This document shows, one piece after another, positions 17,201-26,330 of a stretch of 64,000 nucleotides of DNA. The notes under the pieces are model-generated. The model was not told the DNA's origin and made no database searches. It worked only from the letters and a program-made list of their open reading frames with translations. Source of the stretch: a virus (Duplodnaviria; Caudoviricetes); IMG/VR virus record IMGVR_UViG_3300025018_000093; one strand, 5' to 3'. A program made the position numbers and the translations under genes. Position 1 is the first letter of the stretch. Each line of letters opens with the position of its first letter.

Positions 17201-18833
17201 TGAGGCACACGAGTACATCACGGGGAGCACAGGCGCCGCAGGGAAAGCATACCTGGGGCTCAAGCACCCACGAAAGATTCTCCTGACGGCCTCTCCCATG
17301 ACCAATGAGCCGATGGACGCCTACCTCCTGGCTTCTGTCTGCAACAACAACGATCTCTCGGACACACGCACACCGGAAGGCCGGAAACGGCGCTCGGACA
17401 TGCGTGAGTGGAAAGACAGGTACTGTGAGACAGTTGGCGGCCGTGTTGTGGGAGCAAAGAAGGGTGACCCCTCCGTGGAGCGGGATCTTCGAACCTGGGC
17501 ACGGACAAACCTCTTCTTTGCCGACAAGCAGAAGGTCAAGGAAGGGTGGGCAAGGCCACCTGAGTTGCGACCGGACAGCGAGCGACCTGGCGGGGGCACT
17601 CGTGTTTTGATGGACCCTGAAGTGGAGTCCATGTCCAAGGAAGTAGCTAGTCTAGCCGTGGACCAGCTCCGCGCATTGTACCAAAGGTTTGAGGACCGAG
17701 GGTACCTCAACAGCATGAAGACCATCATCAACCCCAAGACGGGTGAAGAGGAGCAAGTGATTGTTGGAGTCAAAGAGGACAAACGAAAAGGGGTCCGAGA
17801 CCCAGACTTGGAAAAGTTCACCAAGTTGACAGTGCGTCCGATTTTCGATCTTCTCACCATGTTGTCAATGGCGCCTGAGATGGCAACGGTTCCTAAGATC
17901 GACAATCGCGTAACGGGGGCGACACGGAAGAAACTGGAGTCCTTGTTCTCGAAGCTGTTCCCAGGCAAAAACCCAGGGGACCGCATCTTCCCGGACAGGA
18001 CCATTGCGGACAACCCCAAGTTCCAGGAAGCCAACGCTATCGTCGGCCAGAAGCTGAGCAAGGACATCGACACAGGAACCAGTCGTGTTCTTCTATGGAC
18101 TGACAACGCTAAGCTCGTGGAAGCCACGGCGAAGGAGCTGTCCAAAACGCAAAGTGGCATTCACGTTGCGGCTCTGGCTAACGAGATTCGGTTCTTCCGG
18201 GGTGGGCAGGAGATGGAAGTCTACCTCCACCCTGGTGGCAGGGGAGAGATGGACACTGAGGGTCGCAACAAGGGTATCCCGAAAGATGGGTACAGGATTC
18301 CCTTTGGCCCCAAGATTTACAAGCTCTACCGAAGCAAGAGCAGACACCCAAAGAACAACCCCGGGATGAAACAAGGGGAGCAGTTCAAGTGGTCCCAGTT
18401 CGTCACCTCGAAGTTCGTGCAGGGTAACCCCAACGTGCGCAGCATGACCTGTCTCGGTCAAGCCTACCAATCGGGACAGAACTTCCAGGGCTTTCAGACG
18501 GTCATCCACCTTGACCGCAACCACTGGAACAATGAAAACATGAAGCAACGTACGGCACGGGCATACCGGCAGGGGCAGAAGGAAGAGGTCGAGGAAATCA
18601 CGCTGGATTCGATGTACACTACAGAAGCGAAGCCCGGGGATGCCTCCCTGGATGAGCTTCGACGACTCCAGCAGGCAATGGAAGGGTCGATCTTCGACAG
18701 TATCGTCAAGGAATCCCAGACCCAGCCTCTGGGTACGGAGTGGACCTCGATTCAGAAGCGGTTGTCCAAGTACATGCACGTGGACAAGAAGGCAATGGAA
18801 CTGTCTCTGACCCCAGGGTCCATGACACGATAA
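14286..18833 (+). CDS. giant SNF2/SF2-like helicase (1515 aa)
   Basis: DTGIGKT (I), FFDEAH (II), LTASP (III), GQNFQ...HLDR (V), KQRTARAYRQGQ (VI). Confidence 0.85.
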   Translation: MRQRNPGDRLSAKRVANMHARREAIRKRAEIRETFDIFPAELEQEALIDAKTATREGYKLISPQLYKDLRAVYGARAIRFFHLYRVLRGIQLGRPVPPNLSTDFRDLVRIMANTKARADGRKISPPVKDQLFSSSKRILPKLDVVESAFQADPSKRGGTQTWRPITEQYGLLIEALARDKGVYLKIGKYIGAGGVQWPVFFKMRPEEEGMARLEDEDTPTFEAMQRLQKNVQELNDLAVSYIKEDGFIPEKRQIAGRWVNIAVSEETKLALDELRKRQASLSSVLRKTNKTWAKWWRSADTFDVDSEEYRAWLENNPEPEMMPKTKLKKLRERWERRKPKDGDPESLKVWEKAEPTMEGLKEEISKRGASYRALREEYDRNADETVYDHTGTRYSVQEFQEKETERRQQMTELASDTLIDDERIESMRLLSESTLDKIEGDSYTVSLTDDAAKSNRLTKIFPVKEVPARILNQLLPPDKQLFTGFKGQPHMVPVVTSGRYAGIPVDHLVNENGRMIERTEYIFDVQSGTGRGRPKKAADWELTSREPFVTVADDGRLFISVEGGKGSKWRKVADQLHAIAGFTRNEKGEMTFAKRDRLVGVPGFEKDGSYYTQAVDKNGEVKKRGQFGFYFTPENFGTVQEKIGAMALSEGAAKHLEDYFEDLLRAEKATEEQNLAPFHHSNLGGFRDWVLNADGEEWLKEKQNFENLQRQHPEDARVGEWARKAQVLRDKLNYPKTLLEKQRNLQSKIRDFPKSPNVPEWTKEVEEINQTFKRKDLGGFQFQLLELQKKSLAWMEARGDNGVCSLDTGIGKTLVALAMIQKLQRDGWTDSEMVISEAEAAKSLADFDSVKAALAANPGSETLQNQYQELKDSVAQEYPHGTNGRFLYVAPSKNLLGNLDKEAAGFLDSEGYSITGEKIDSIHAKGQGSFQSVMNKKPGQDTIKVQRGGGTGAITIENWKKEVTRYVAIFFDEAHEYITGSTGAAGKAYLGLKHPRKILLTASPMTNEPMDAYLLASVCNNNDLSDTRTPEGRKRRSDMREWKDRYCETVGGRVVGAKKGDPSVERDLRTWARTNLFFADKQKVKEGWARPPELRPDSERPGGGTRVLMDPEVESMSKEVASLAVDQLRALYQRFEDRGYLNSMKTIINPKTGEEEQVIVGVKEDKRKGVRDPDLEKFTKLTVRPIFDLLTMLSMAPEMATVPKIDNRVTGATRKKLESLFSKLFPGKNPGDRIFPDRTIADNPKFQEANAIVGQKLSKDIDTGTSRVLLWTDNAKLVEATAKELSKTQSGIHVAALANEIRFFRGGQEMEVYLHPGGRGEMDTEGRNKGIPKDGYRIPFGPKIYKLYRSKSRHPKNNPGMKQGEQFKWSQFVTSKFVQGNPNVRSMTCLGQAYQSGQNFQGFQTVIHLDRNHWNNENMKQRTARAYRQGQKEEVEEITLDSMYTTEAKPGDASLDELRRLQQAMEGSIFDSIVKESQTQPLGTEWTSIQKRLSKYMHVDKKAMELSLTPGSMTR

Positions 18834-18844
18834 CGGAGGGCGTG

Positions 18845-19234
18845 ATGTCGGTAGCGAACCCCGAGACGCTAGATGAATGGATGGAGTATATCTCCATCCT
18901 TCAGGAGGATGAGATCCTCAGCAAAGCCAAGGCAGCCAACTCCAAACGCTTCTTCGATAAGCTGCTGGAAGAGGGCTTCACGATGAATGACCTCGACGTC
19001 ATCATGAAAGCTCTCGCGCGAAAGTTCCTAGACTTCAACCTACAACCCCCAGGAGGTCTGGTGGACTTGTCCGACCTCTTGACGGCTGCGGACGTGACAA
19101 GCATGAAGCTCCCAGATCCCAAGACAGTGGACTATGAGCCTGAGCCAGATGAGGTAGACCGAGAGGTCGATGCTCTTGACCTAGAAACAGACTGGGAGGA
19201 GACAACGCCCCTCCTGCCCACAGAAGTGGTCTAG
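18845..19234 (+). CDS. acidic hypothetical protein
   Basis: GGAGG RBS then ATG; MSVANPETLDEWMEYI. Confidence 0.75.
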   Translation: MSVANPETLDEWMEYISILQEDEILSKAKAANSKRFFDKLLEEGFTMNDLDVIMKALARKFLDFNLQPPGGLVDLSDLLTAADVTSMKLPDPKTVDYEPEPDEVDREVDALDLETDWEETTPLLPTEVV

Positions 19235-20520
19235 GACAGGTACTCTGCAAACACGCCCTGCTCCCGAGCTTGTTGCAGGGTCCTCTTCAGAAACTGGACC
19301 TGATTCGAGATTGTACTGCGGCTGACATTCAACTCCACAGCCAACTCCGATGCTCTGCCCATGTCTGTTAGCCCCTGCACCAGATACTGCAATCTCTCCT
19401 GGCGCTCCGGGAGGGGAGCAGAGTCTCGAAGCACCTCTTCAATCTTGTCCAGGAAGCGTTGCCCCAAGTCGGCTTCCAGGATTTGGTCTTCCAGGTCGGC
19501 AGAATAACCCCAGTGCTGGTGCCACCTCGGAGTCTCATCCCCACCATATGCTAACACACAGGCGGGGCGTTCCAGGTAGGAACGCTCTTGCTGCACGAGC
19601 ATTTGAATTTGACGCTCTTGGGTATGGTACTCGGAGTGCTTGTCCACATTTCTTCTCTTCCAGGTACGCACTTCTAATGGAGTGCGTGCCCCCCGAAGAC
19701 AACGGGTGACCGGATCTCGACCCCAAGGGCGCATCTCACTGATGGCAGACCTGTAGGCGAACCAGACAAGATTCAAGAGGGAAGGGTCCCTCCCTTGTGA
19801 CAAGAACTTGTAGAGGGAATCCTTTGCAATGCAGCGAGTTATGAAGTGCATCGCATGGTCCTCTACCAGATCGGATGCGGCTGAAATGCGGAGCTTCTTC
19901 CGAAGGAAAAGACAGATTTCCGGGTACACGACATTCCAGTTCTTTTCAAAGTAGCGTGCCGTGAGATTCTCTTTCAGAGTAGTCGCCTGCACGGGAAGCG
20001 TGGTGTCTTCTGGGAGGGGTGTCTCCACCACGGAATCCGGGGTGACCACAAAGGAGACTTTTCGGGGGCCAGAGCCAGAGCCAGAGCCAGAGCCCCCCTT
20101 CTTACCCTTACGCTTTTCCTGTACGGGCTCTTCCTGTACGGGCTCTTCCTGTACGGGCTCTCCCTCTTCAAACCCCTGACTGAGGAGCTTGGACTTCTCT
20201 ACCCCAGCCTCCGTGAGAGCCCACATCCCGCGCTTCTGTCCCTGCTGGCAGGGGATGCGTAGTTTTGTGTTCTCCCCCCGATGCTCTGCACGCTGGTTTC
20301 GGAAAGCCCACTCGATACACAGCACCAAGCGGGACTTTCCGTCCTTTCTGCTTTCGGAGATTCCACCCGAACTACGATCCAGACCCCTGTCGAAGAGGAC
20401 TTTATCGATGACCACACTACTGAGCACCTCGGCCTCCGGCACAAAGTCCGTCAGCTCGCCAATGACCCGAACAACGTCATCGTAGAAAAACGACGCGGTA
20501 GGCCGCTCTTGATTGTCCAT
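19231..20520 (-). CDS. sigma-70/ECF-like factor with an N-terminal winged-helix (Mrr_N-like) domain
   Basis: region 2-like VEDHAMHF...WFAYRSAISEMR; C-terminal HTH ELAVELNVSRSTISNQ; N-terminal RGMWALTEAG; EEPVQ x3 and GS linker. Confidence 0.65.
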   Translation of the reverse strand: MDNQERPTASFFYDDVVRVIGELTDFVPEAEVLSSVVIDKVLFDRGLDRSSGGISESRKDGKSRLVLCIEWAFRNQRAEHRGENTKLRIPCQQGQKRGMWALTEAGVEKSKLLSQGFEEGEPVQEEPVQEEPVQEKRKGKKGGSGSGSGSGPRKVSFVVTPDSVVETPLPEDTTLPVQATTLKENLTARYFEKNWNVVYPEICLFLRKKLRISAASDLVEDHAMHFITRCIAKDSLYKFLSQGRDPSLLNLVWFAYRSAISEMRPWGRDPVTRCLRGARTPLEVRTWKRRNVDKHSEYHTQERQIQMLVQQERSYLERPACVLAYGGDETPRWHQHWGYSADLEDQILEADLGQRFLDKIEEVLRDSAPLPERQERLQYLVQGLTDMGRASELAVELNVSRSTISNQVQFLKRTLQQAREQGVFAEYLS

Positions 20521-20583
20521 GTTGTCCTCTGTTGACTTGGGCTCTAGGAGCCACAGTCTCGTCTAGGGGGTAGCTGCGATAAG

Positions 20584-22965
20584 GTGAGGTCCACGTCGGG
20601 ATGTCATGGATCGCAGCCTCCAGTATCCTATCTTGGATTGAGGTGTTCTGTCAAGGGAATCGTCACCAACACAGAGCCCGTTTTTTGGGCGTTGTCTGGG
20701 GCAGTAACAGTACAATCATTTGACTATAGAGAACTGGTTAGAGAGTGTAGGACCTTGTCAAGTTACCTGGGGAAGAAGATGCGGCGCAACCTCGATGAAC
20801 TGCTAGCTCTCCGTGCAAAGTTACGCAAAGCACTATCCGTGCGCGTGGGATCGTGCGCGAGGTCTCGTGTGCGGAAAATGAAGCTACGCAAGGCGTACTC
20901 CAAGGTCTCACAGGAGTTGTCTGACACACAGCTCGACATTCTGGCTCGACTTCAGTTCCTTGAGGGAGCATTGAAAAGTCGCAGTGCGAAGGATAAGCTA
21001 GAGTGGATCAAGGGGAAGCCCTTGCGAGCGGCGCTCGCGGAGGCAACAACGTACATCCAAGAGAACTACGGTGAGCTGCCCGAGATATCCCGTTACACCT
21101 GGATTACCAAGGAAAGTACGGGATTCTACCGGGATGTGCGGCGACGCTTGCTTCCCTTGCTCAAGCAATCCACAACTGCACCCGACGACATCATGCAGAT
21201 GCTCCTCACAGGTATGAACCCCTCCGGGGAGACCTTCTACATCGACAAGAACAACGAGAAGATGGAGCTTGACCGAATGTTCCAGGTCGCGGGCTTCAAG
21301 AGCCGCGCGATGCTCCGTCGAGACTTCTCAAACAGGGACGGGAAACTGACGCCCTACGACTTCTCGAACATCATTGCTTCATGGGCGCAGAAGAAAGCGC
21401 TCATCATGATCAAGATGGAGACGCGAGACAAAAAACGACGAGAGAAGTACTGGGGAGAGGAGCTACATCCGCCCGGTGACACCTGGGATGGACCTTCCAG
21501 TACCTGGGAGGGAGAGGCGCAGGATGTCAGCAGTGTTCTCCCAGGGGAAGCTGTGCACGAGGACTGGGGTGCCCAGTCAGAAGCCTGGGCCTTCTCCAGC
21601 ATGCTCTTCCACACGGACACTCCAGAGGCACAGAGGGTTCGAGACTGGCTCTACAACGTGGTGTTCCCACAGCATACAGCTGTGGACATTACCATGCGCA
21701 CTCTCTTCGATATGCTGGAAGAGGGGAACTGGGATGTGTCGGGAAGCAAGCCTCTCCTGCGTCTCCAAAAAATGAACGAGGAGCTGGCAAAGCGCGTTGG
21801 CAAAGCCCTGGGTAAGGACATGAGTCCGAACGCAAAAGGGCAGTACACTAAACTCAATGCTGCACGAGAAGCCGGGTTCAAGAAAATCACCCAGGCCACA
21901 GAGAACCTCAAGAAAGTCGACGTCCGGGCTCTTCGCGAGGAAGAGACTAACATTCAGAAGTTCCTGGATGGCTTGGCACAAAGGGCAGAGGGAGTCCCGA
22001 ACACAAAAGCCAAGGCAGAACTATCTGCAGCACATCGAGAGCAGCAAGCAAACAGGAAAGCAGTCAAAGACCTCCGTGCTCAGATCGAAAGTCTGCAGAC
22101 TCAGGCTACTTCCCGTGGTGGCGTCAGCCCTCGTGTTGTGAAGAACCTAGCCAAGGTCAAAGAGGAACTCAGTGCTGTGCGTAGTTCCCTTACAGCAAAG
22201 CGGAAGGAGTACCGTGCTCTTCAAGCGGAGGCCGTTACTTCTGCGAAGCCTCCCCTGGCAATCCGAAAGCAGCTCGCGACGGCAAAGAAAGAGTTAGCGC
22301 TGCGGGGAGATGCCGTGGAGGTTGCGGATGCTGCGTTTATGGAAGCACAGCGGGCAGCCGAAACAAGTCCCCGCCTCACACCCAAGCTGCGCAAGCAACT
22401 CGACAACACGAGAAAGGCAAAACGCAAGGCCCGCTTACAATACACACTCCAGCGAAAAGCGCTGGATGCATTGGCAGCGGAGGCTATCGCTACAGCAGTG
22501 CTCCCGAGGAAGCTGCAAGCGACAATGACCAAGGTGGAGGGGGAGTTGCAGGTGCTCTCTGTCAAGTTCAAGGACAGCTCTACCAAGGCAAAGGCACTGG
22601 AAGAGCGTGTAAACGCAGGTGGAACTGCACAACGCAACACTGCGGCGATCTCCAACCTCCAAGCACAGCTTGCTTCTTACGAGCAGAAGTCCGAGGAAAC
22701 AAGACAGCAAATCTACCTCCTGGAGAACGCCGCCAAGGGTGGACTCCCGACCGCAGAGGAAAAGGTAGAAGCCGCAGAGGCTACGAAAGCCCTCCAAGTA
22801 ATTCGTGGAAAGTTGTCTCTCCTGACGATGCTCGACGCCATGGAGCTTTCGGGGATGGGCTTCGGTCGACTGCGAAAGGCTAAGACGTTGTCAGCACATC
22901 GCATCCTCTACCGCTGGGCAAGGAAAAGAGGAGCAAGCTGGCAGCGGATTAGGGGTAGAGCTTGA
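20584..22965 (+). CDS. large protein with a long coiled-coil C-terminal half (true start uncertain, probably 20779-20878)
   Basis: 793-aa ORF with an Ala/Lys/Arg-rich heptad region. Confidence 0.7.
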   Translation: MRSTSGCHGSQPPVSYLGLRCSVKGIVTNTEPVFWALSGAVTVQSFDYRELVRECRTLSSYLGKKMRRNLDELLALRAKLRKALSVRVGSCARSRVRKMKLRKAYSKVSQELSDTQLDILARLQFLEGALKSRSAKDKLEWIKGKPLRAALAEATTYIQENYGELPEISRYTWITKESTGFYRDVRRRLLPLLKQSTTAPDDIMQMLLTGMNPSGETFYIDKNNEKMELDRMFQVAGFKSRAMLRRDFSNRDGKLTPYDFSNIIASWAQKKALIMIKMETRDKKRREKYWGEELHPPGDTWDGPSSTWEGEAQDVSSVLPGEAVHEDWGAQSEAWAFSSMLFHTDTPEAQRVRDWLYNVVFPQHTAVDITMRTLFDMLEEGNWDVSGSKPLLRLQKMNEELAKRVGKALGKDMSPNAKGQYTKLNAAREAGFKKITQATENLKKVDVRALREEETNIQKFLDGLAQRAEGVPNTKAKAELSAAHREQQANRKAVKDLRAQIESLQTQATSRGGVSPRVVKNLAKVKEELSAVRSSLTAKRKEYRALQAEAVTSAKPPLAIRKQLATAKKELALRGDAVEVADAAFMEAQRAAETSPRLTPKLRKQLDNTRKAKRKARLQYTLQRKALDALAAEAIATAVLPRKLQATMTKVEGELQVLSVKFKDSSTKAKALEERVNAGGTAQRNTAAISNLQAQLASYEQKSEETRQQIYLLENAAKGGLPTAEEKVEAAEATKALQVIRGKLSLLTMLDAMELSGMGFGRLRKAKTLSAHRILYRWARKRGASWQRIRGRA

Positions 22966-23595
22966 GAGCTAGAAAATCTAGTGGACCCCTTTTCCACACA
23001 ACAAGTCTGGGAAATCTCCTCAGCATCTTGCGATCTGGGAAGCTCATCGCGAGCAGTCAGGACTACAACGATGCATTCGTGTCGCTCTCCGAGATCCCCT
23101 ACACGGGTGACATCAGCCACAACGACGTGATTCTGGTGTTCCGACCAGGATCGGCTGTTCATACCCAAGTCATCCAGGTCAAGTACACAGAGGGCTGGTA
23201 TGACCAGCACCCTGAGCACTCTAGCTACATTGCAGGAGCTGGGTGGCAGGAACAGTACGTGGAGCCCGAATGGGAGCCCCCAGAGAACTTGGACGAGGAC
23301 GGGAGACCCTGGCGATCAGGATGCTGCTTGGAGAGAGGCTGAACTGCTCTCTTTTCTGCACAAGTCCAATGAGAGGGAGTGGGTTTCGAAGACTCCTAAC
23401 GAGGACGTCCGGTTCAACCCAGATGATCTGCTCGGAGTCCTAGTTGTTTCCCCTAGTGCTGTACCCAGCATCGAAAAAGCCCTCTTGAAAGAGGGCTACC
23501 TAGGTGTCAAAACCAAGGCGATGTCCGAGGGTGTTCGGTCTCTCATGCGAGCATCTCTCAAAAAGCGACAGGCGCAGCTCCGTTTGCTCTCTTGA
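22962..23595 (+). pseudogene. ADP-ribosyltransferase-fold protein split by a +1 frameshift
   Basis: LFHTTS...SILRSGKL...FVSLSE in one frame and NEREWVS in the other; deleting one G at 23301-23303 joins DEDG-DPGDQDAAW. Confidence 0.55.
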
Positions 23596-24164
23596 CGACT
23601 CAGCTCCCTGTCTGCTATCCTATGCGAGACCCTCGAAGGATGTCGGTGGGTTTTGAGCGCTCTCCGTTCAAAGCTAACCGACAGGCCGAAAGGACTCTGG
23701 TCACGGGCTGCCAGCGAGGGGTCGGTTGAAACTGAAGAAGAGAGGAACCCTGGCCTTGTTGACGCTTCAGTACCGAAAAGCCCTGGGATTAGGCTAACCC
23801 CATCGAACTATCAGGAGGTGAGGAACCCCTGTCGATGGACATGCCCTGGATGACATACACACCGCAGAAGGGATCTGAGGGAACGTGATTGGGTCATCAA
23901 GTTTGAGTTAGTCGCCCGGAGAGATAAGAGAGCGAACTCGAACTTTCCTCTTTAAGCACCCCAATAGTAATTAGAGAAACACAAGAAAAAAGAACTCTGT
24001 ATCGGCTTCCATAGAGAGTAGCAAAACACGTCGTTTCAGGTTTACGGTCGATCACCCAAGGTAGCTGGGGGTCAGATTAGCCCCGCTTCAAGATTCAGCC
24101 TATCAGGCTTTACTCTTGAGGCTATGGGGAGGGGGGAGTTGCGTCTGCTCCGACCCCCTGGACC

Positions 24165-24724
24165 AAAGTTTCGAAAGTTTCGCCCCAAAGTTTCGCCCCA
24201 AAGTTTCGCCCCAAAGTTTCGAAAGTTTCCCAAAGTTTCGCTGAGTGTCGAATCACTAGGGATGACGCGGGGTTGGAAAGTTTCGAAAGTTTCGTCCCAA
24301 AGTTTCGAAAGTTTCCCAAAGTTTCGCTGAGTGTTGAATCACTAGGAATGACGCGGGGTTGGAAAGTTTCGAAAGTTTCGTCCCAAAGTTTCGAAAGTTT
24401 CCCAAAGTTTCGCCCCCAAAGTTTCGCTGAGTGTTGAATCACTAGGGATGACGCGGGGTTGGAAAGTTTCGAAAGTTTCGTCCCAAAGTTTCGAAAGTTT
24501 CCCAAAGTTTCCCAAAGTTTCCCAAAGTTTCGCTGAGTGTCGAATCACTAGGGATGACGCGGGGTTGGAAAGTTTCAAAAGTTTCGTCCCAAAGTTTCGA
24601 AAGTTTCCCAAAGTTTCCCAAAGTTTCGCTGAGTGTCGAATCACTAGGGATGACGCGGGGTTGGAAAGTTTCAAAAGTTTCGTCCCAAAGTTTCGAAAGT
24701 TTCCCAAAGTTTCGAAAGTTTCCC
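24165..24724. repeat. nested repeat array: ~37 copies of AAAGTTTC interleaved with five 37-bp units
   Basis: 37-bp unit GCTGAGTGTYGAATCACTAGGRATGACGCGGGGTTGG at 24240, 24326, 24426, 24532, 24628. Confidence 0.97.
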
Positions 24725-24736
24725 GGAGGCCCTCAC

Positions 24737-25423
24737 ATGCCCAAGAAGTACCAGCAGCCGCAAGTCGGATTTCAGGTTGCAAAGCCTCCTTCAACAGACC
24801 CTGACGAGCGAACCCTGTCTGCGATTTCAATCCGCCTGACAGGGACAATGCCTCTGGAGCAGGACTATCAGTCACAGGTGCTGGATACTGGGTGGGGCTC
24901 TTCCTCTCCCTGGTTGCAATCGATCAGCTTCTCAGGTGGACCTGGTGGTCAGATTCCGATTTCCCAGGCTGTGGGTATCCCCACAACAGCTGGTACTAGC
25001 GAGGCAACTGTCAGTGAGACGCTAGTCAGTCACGAGGTTCGCCTCCCACAGGACCTGGAGGTCTACCTTGGAGGCATGTTTGAATCCTTAGCTATAGGGT
25101 GCTTCTATCTCCTGTTGGATATGGCTAGAGTGCAATTCCCCTCTTCCAGCCGCTCTGCTCCTTCCCAAAAGGTCTGGGTGTTTCAAAAGGCCCCTACGCT
25201 GTTGCGTCCAGGTGATGCAGCCTTGTTCCCGCTGGTGGTAGACTGGAGACGATGGAACCGGGCTGTGGTACCCGTCCTGAAAGATGAGCGCTGGAGTCCT
25301 CTCATCCCCATCAACAACCAAAGAGTAGCTCAGGGGAGCTACTCGGAGTTCATAGCCCTTCTGGAAGGGTCCCTTCTTCAGTCATTCAAGGATGCAGGGT
25401 ACCTTCCGCAGGATCTGGCATGA
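24737..25423 (+). CDS. hypothetical protein
   Basis: GGAGG RBS then ATG directly after the array. Confidence 0.75.
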   Translation: MPKKYQQPQVGFQVAKPPSTDPDERTLSAISIRLTGTMPLEQDYQSQVLDTGWGSSSPWLQSISFSGGPGGQIPISQAVGIPTTAGTSEATVSETLVSHEVRLPQDLEVYLGGMFESLAIGCFYLLLDMARVQFPSSSRSAPSQKVWVFQKAPTLLRPGDAALFPLVVDWRRWNRAVVPVLKDERWSPLIPINNQRVAQGSYSEFIALLEGSLLQSFKDAGYLPQDLA

Positions 25424-25629
25424 GTATCCCTGCAGATAGACCACAGAAGGCTGTAGCTGTTCCTGCTGGGAAGTCCGTGATGATTTCCTGCCAAGCAACA
25501 CGCGGGTGCCCTGGAAGGCAAGCTATCCTTGTCTCTGTTTTCGACTTGGAGGGTGCTTTCGGGTACGCGGGGCGCAGGACGAGATTTCGATGTCAAACTT
25601 GTGGCCGTGTGTTTGTCATCCGCCACTGA
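25420..25629 (+). CDS. small zinc-ribbon protein
   Basis: CQATRGC...CQTCGRVF. Confidence 0.7.
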   Translation: MSIPADRPQKAVAVPAGKSVMISCQATRGCPGRQAILVSVFDLEGAFGYAGRRTRFRCQTCGRVFVIRH

Positions 25630-25691
25630 CAGAAGTCCCCGGTTTCGCGTAGAATCCCTGGTGGGTTGTGCGGAACGCGAGGGGTCTGAGC

Positions 25692-26330
25692 ATGTCTTGT
25701 TCTTTGTTTCACGGTCCTGGTGCTCGTGATGCAGCCATAGCAGAGGCCTCCCGGATTGGACGAGAAGTCCATCCTCCGATGGGAGACGAGGGCCTGAAAG
25801 TTGAGGACGCACGGGAAGCGGTTCTGATACTGTCCTCACCTGCTGTTGGGGATGACCATGGAGTTCTCCTGATCGGCCCTATGGACCAGGCTAATTCCAG
25901 AGCTTCCGATGTACTCTTGAAGAGCATTGAAGAGCACCGAGGCATGGATGTGGTTCCGGTGCTTTGGGCCTGGGACCTGGCAGAGGTGTCCCTCACGATT
26001 CGCTCTCGTTGCATCCCTCACTGGTCCCCTGGGGAGATGGCGGAGCTACCAGCAGAGACCTTGGAGGTGGCCTGGCAGGTATGTGATGCTGTCTTAGAGG
26101 GGGACTTGCATCGGATCATTTCGGGGGTGCAGGAGGGGAAGACGGACCTGGAGATGCTAGGGAGATGTCTGGCGCACTACATTGCTGTGAGTGCCATGGA
26201 GGGCCAGAGTGAGTTTCTTTGTGTCTGGGATGCCATACGACCGCAGCTCCAGTACACCGTGCTGAGCCCTGTGGGGATTTCTCATGCTCTCCTGCATGCT
26301 GCTCAGGGTAAGACTCGGGGGGGTGCATGA
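25692..26330 (+). CDS. holB: clamp-loader delta-prime-like subunit (short, no Walker A)
   Basis: ASDVLLKSIEE and LTIRSRC (SRC) motifs. Confidence 0.7.
   Translation: MSCSLFHGPGARDAAIAEASRIGREVHPPMGDEGLKVEDAREAVLILSSPAVGDDHGVLLIGPMDQANSRASDVLLKSIEEHRGMDVVPVLWAWDLAEVSLTIRSRCIPHWSPGEMAELPAETLEVAWQVCDAVLEGDLHRIISGVQEGKTDLEMLGRCLAHYIAVSAMEGQSEFLCVWDAIRPQLQYTVLSPVGISHALLHAAQGKTRGGA

Noticed and set aside
24165-24724. CRISPR array
   Set aside because: The intervening sequences are permutations of the same 8-mer rather than unique spacers, and there is no cas operon.
24122-24875. ORFs crossing the repeat array (ETFETLG / KVSKVS peptides)
   Set aside because: They are by-products of a stop-free repeat, open on both strands, with no RBS; the real downstream gene starts at 24737.
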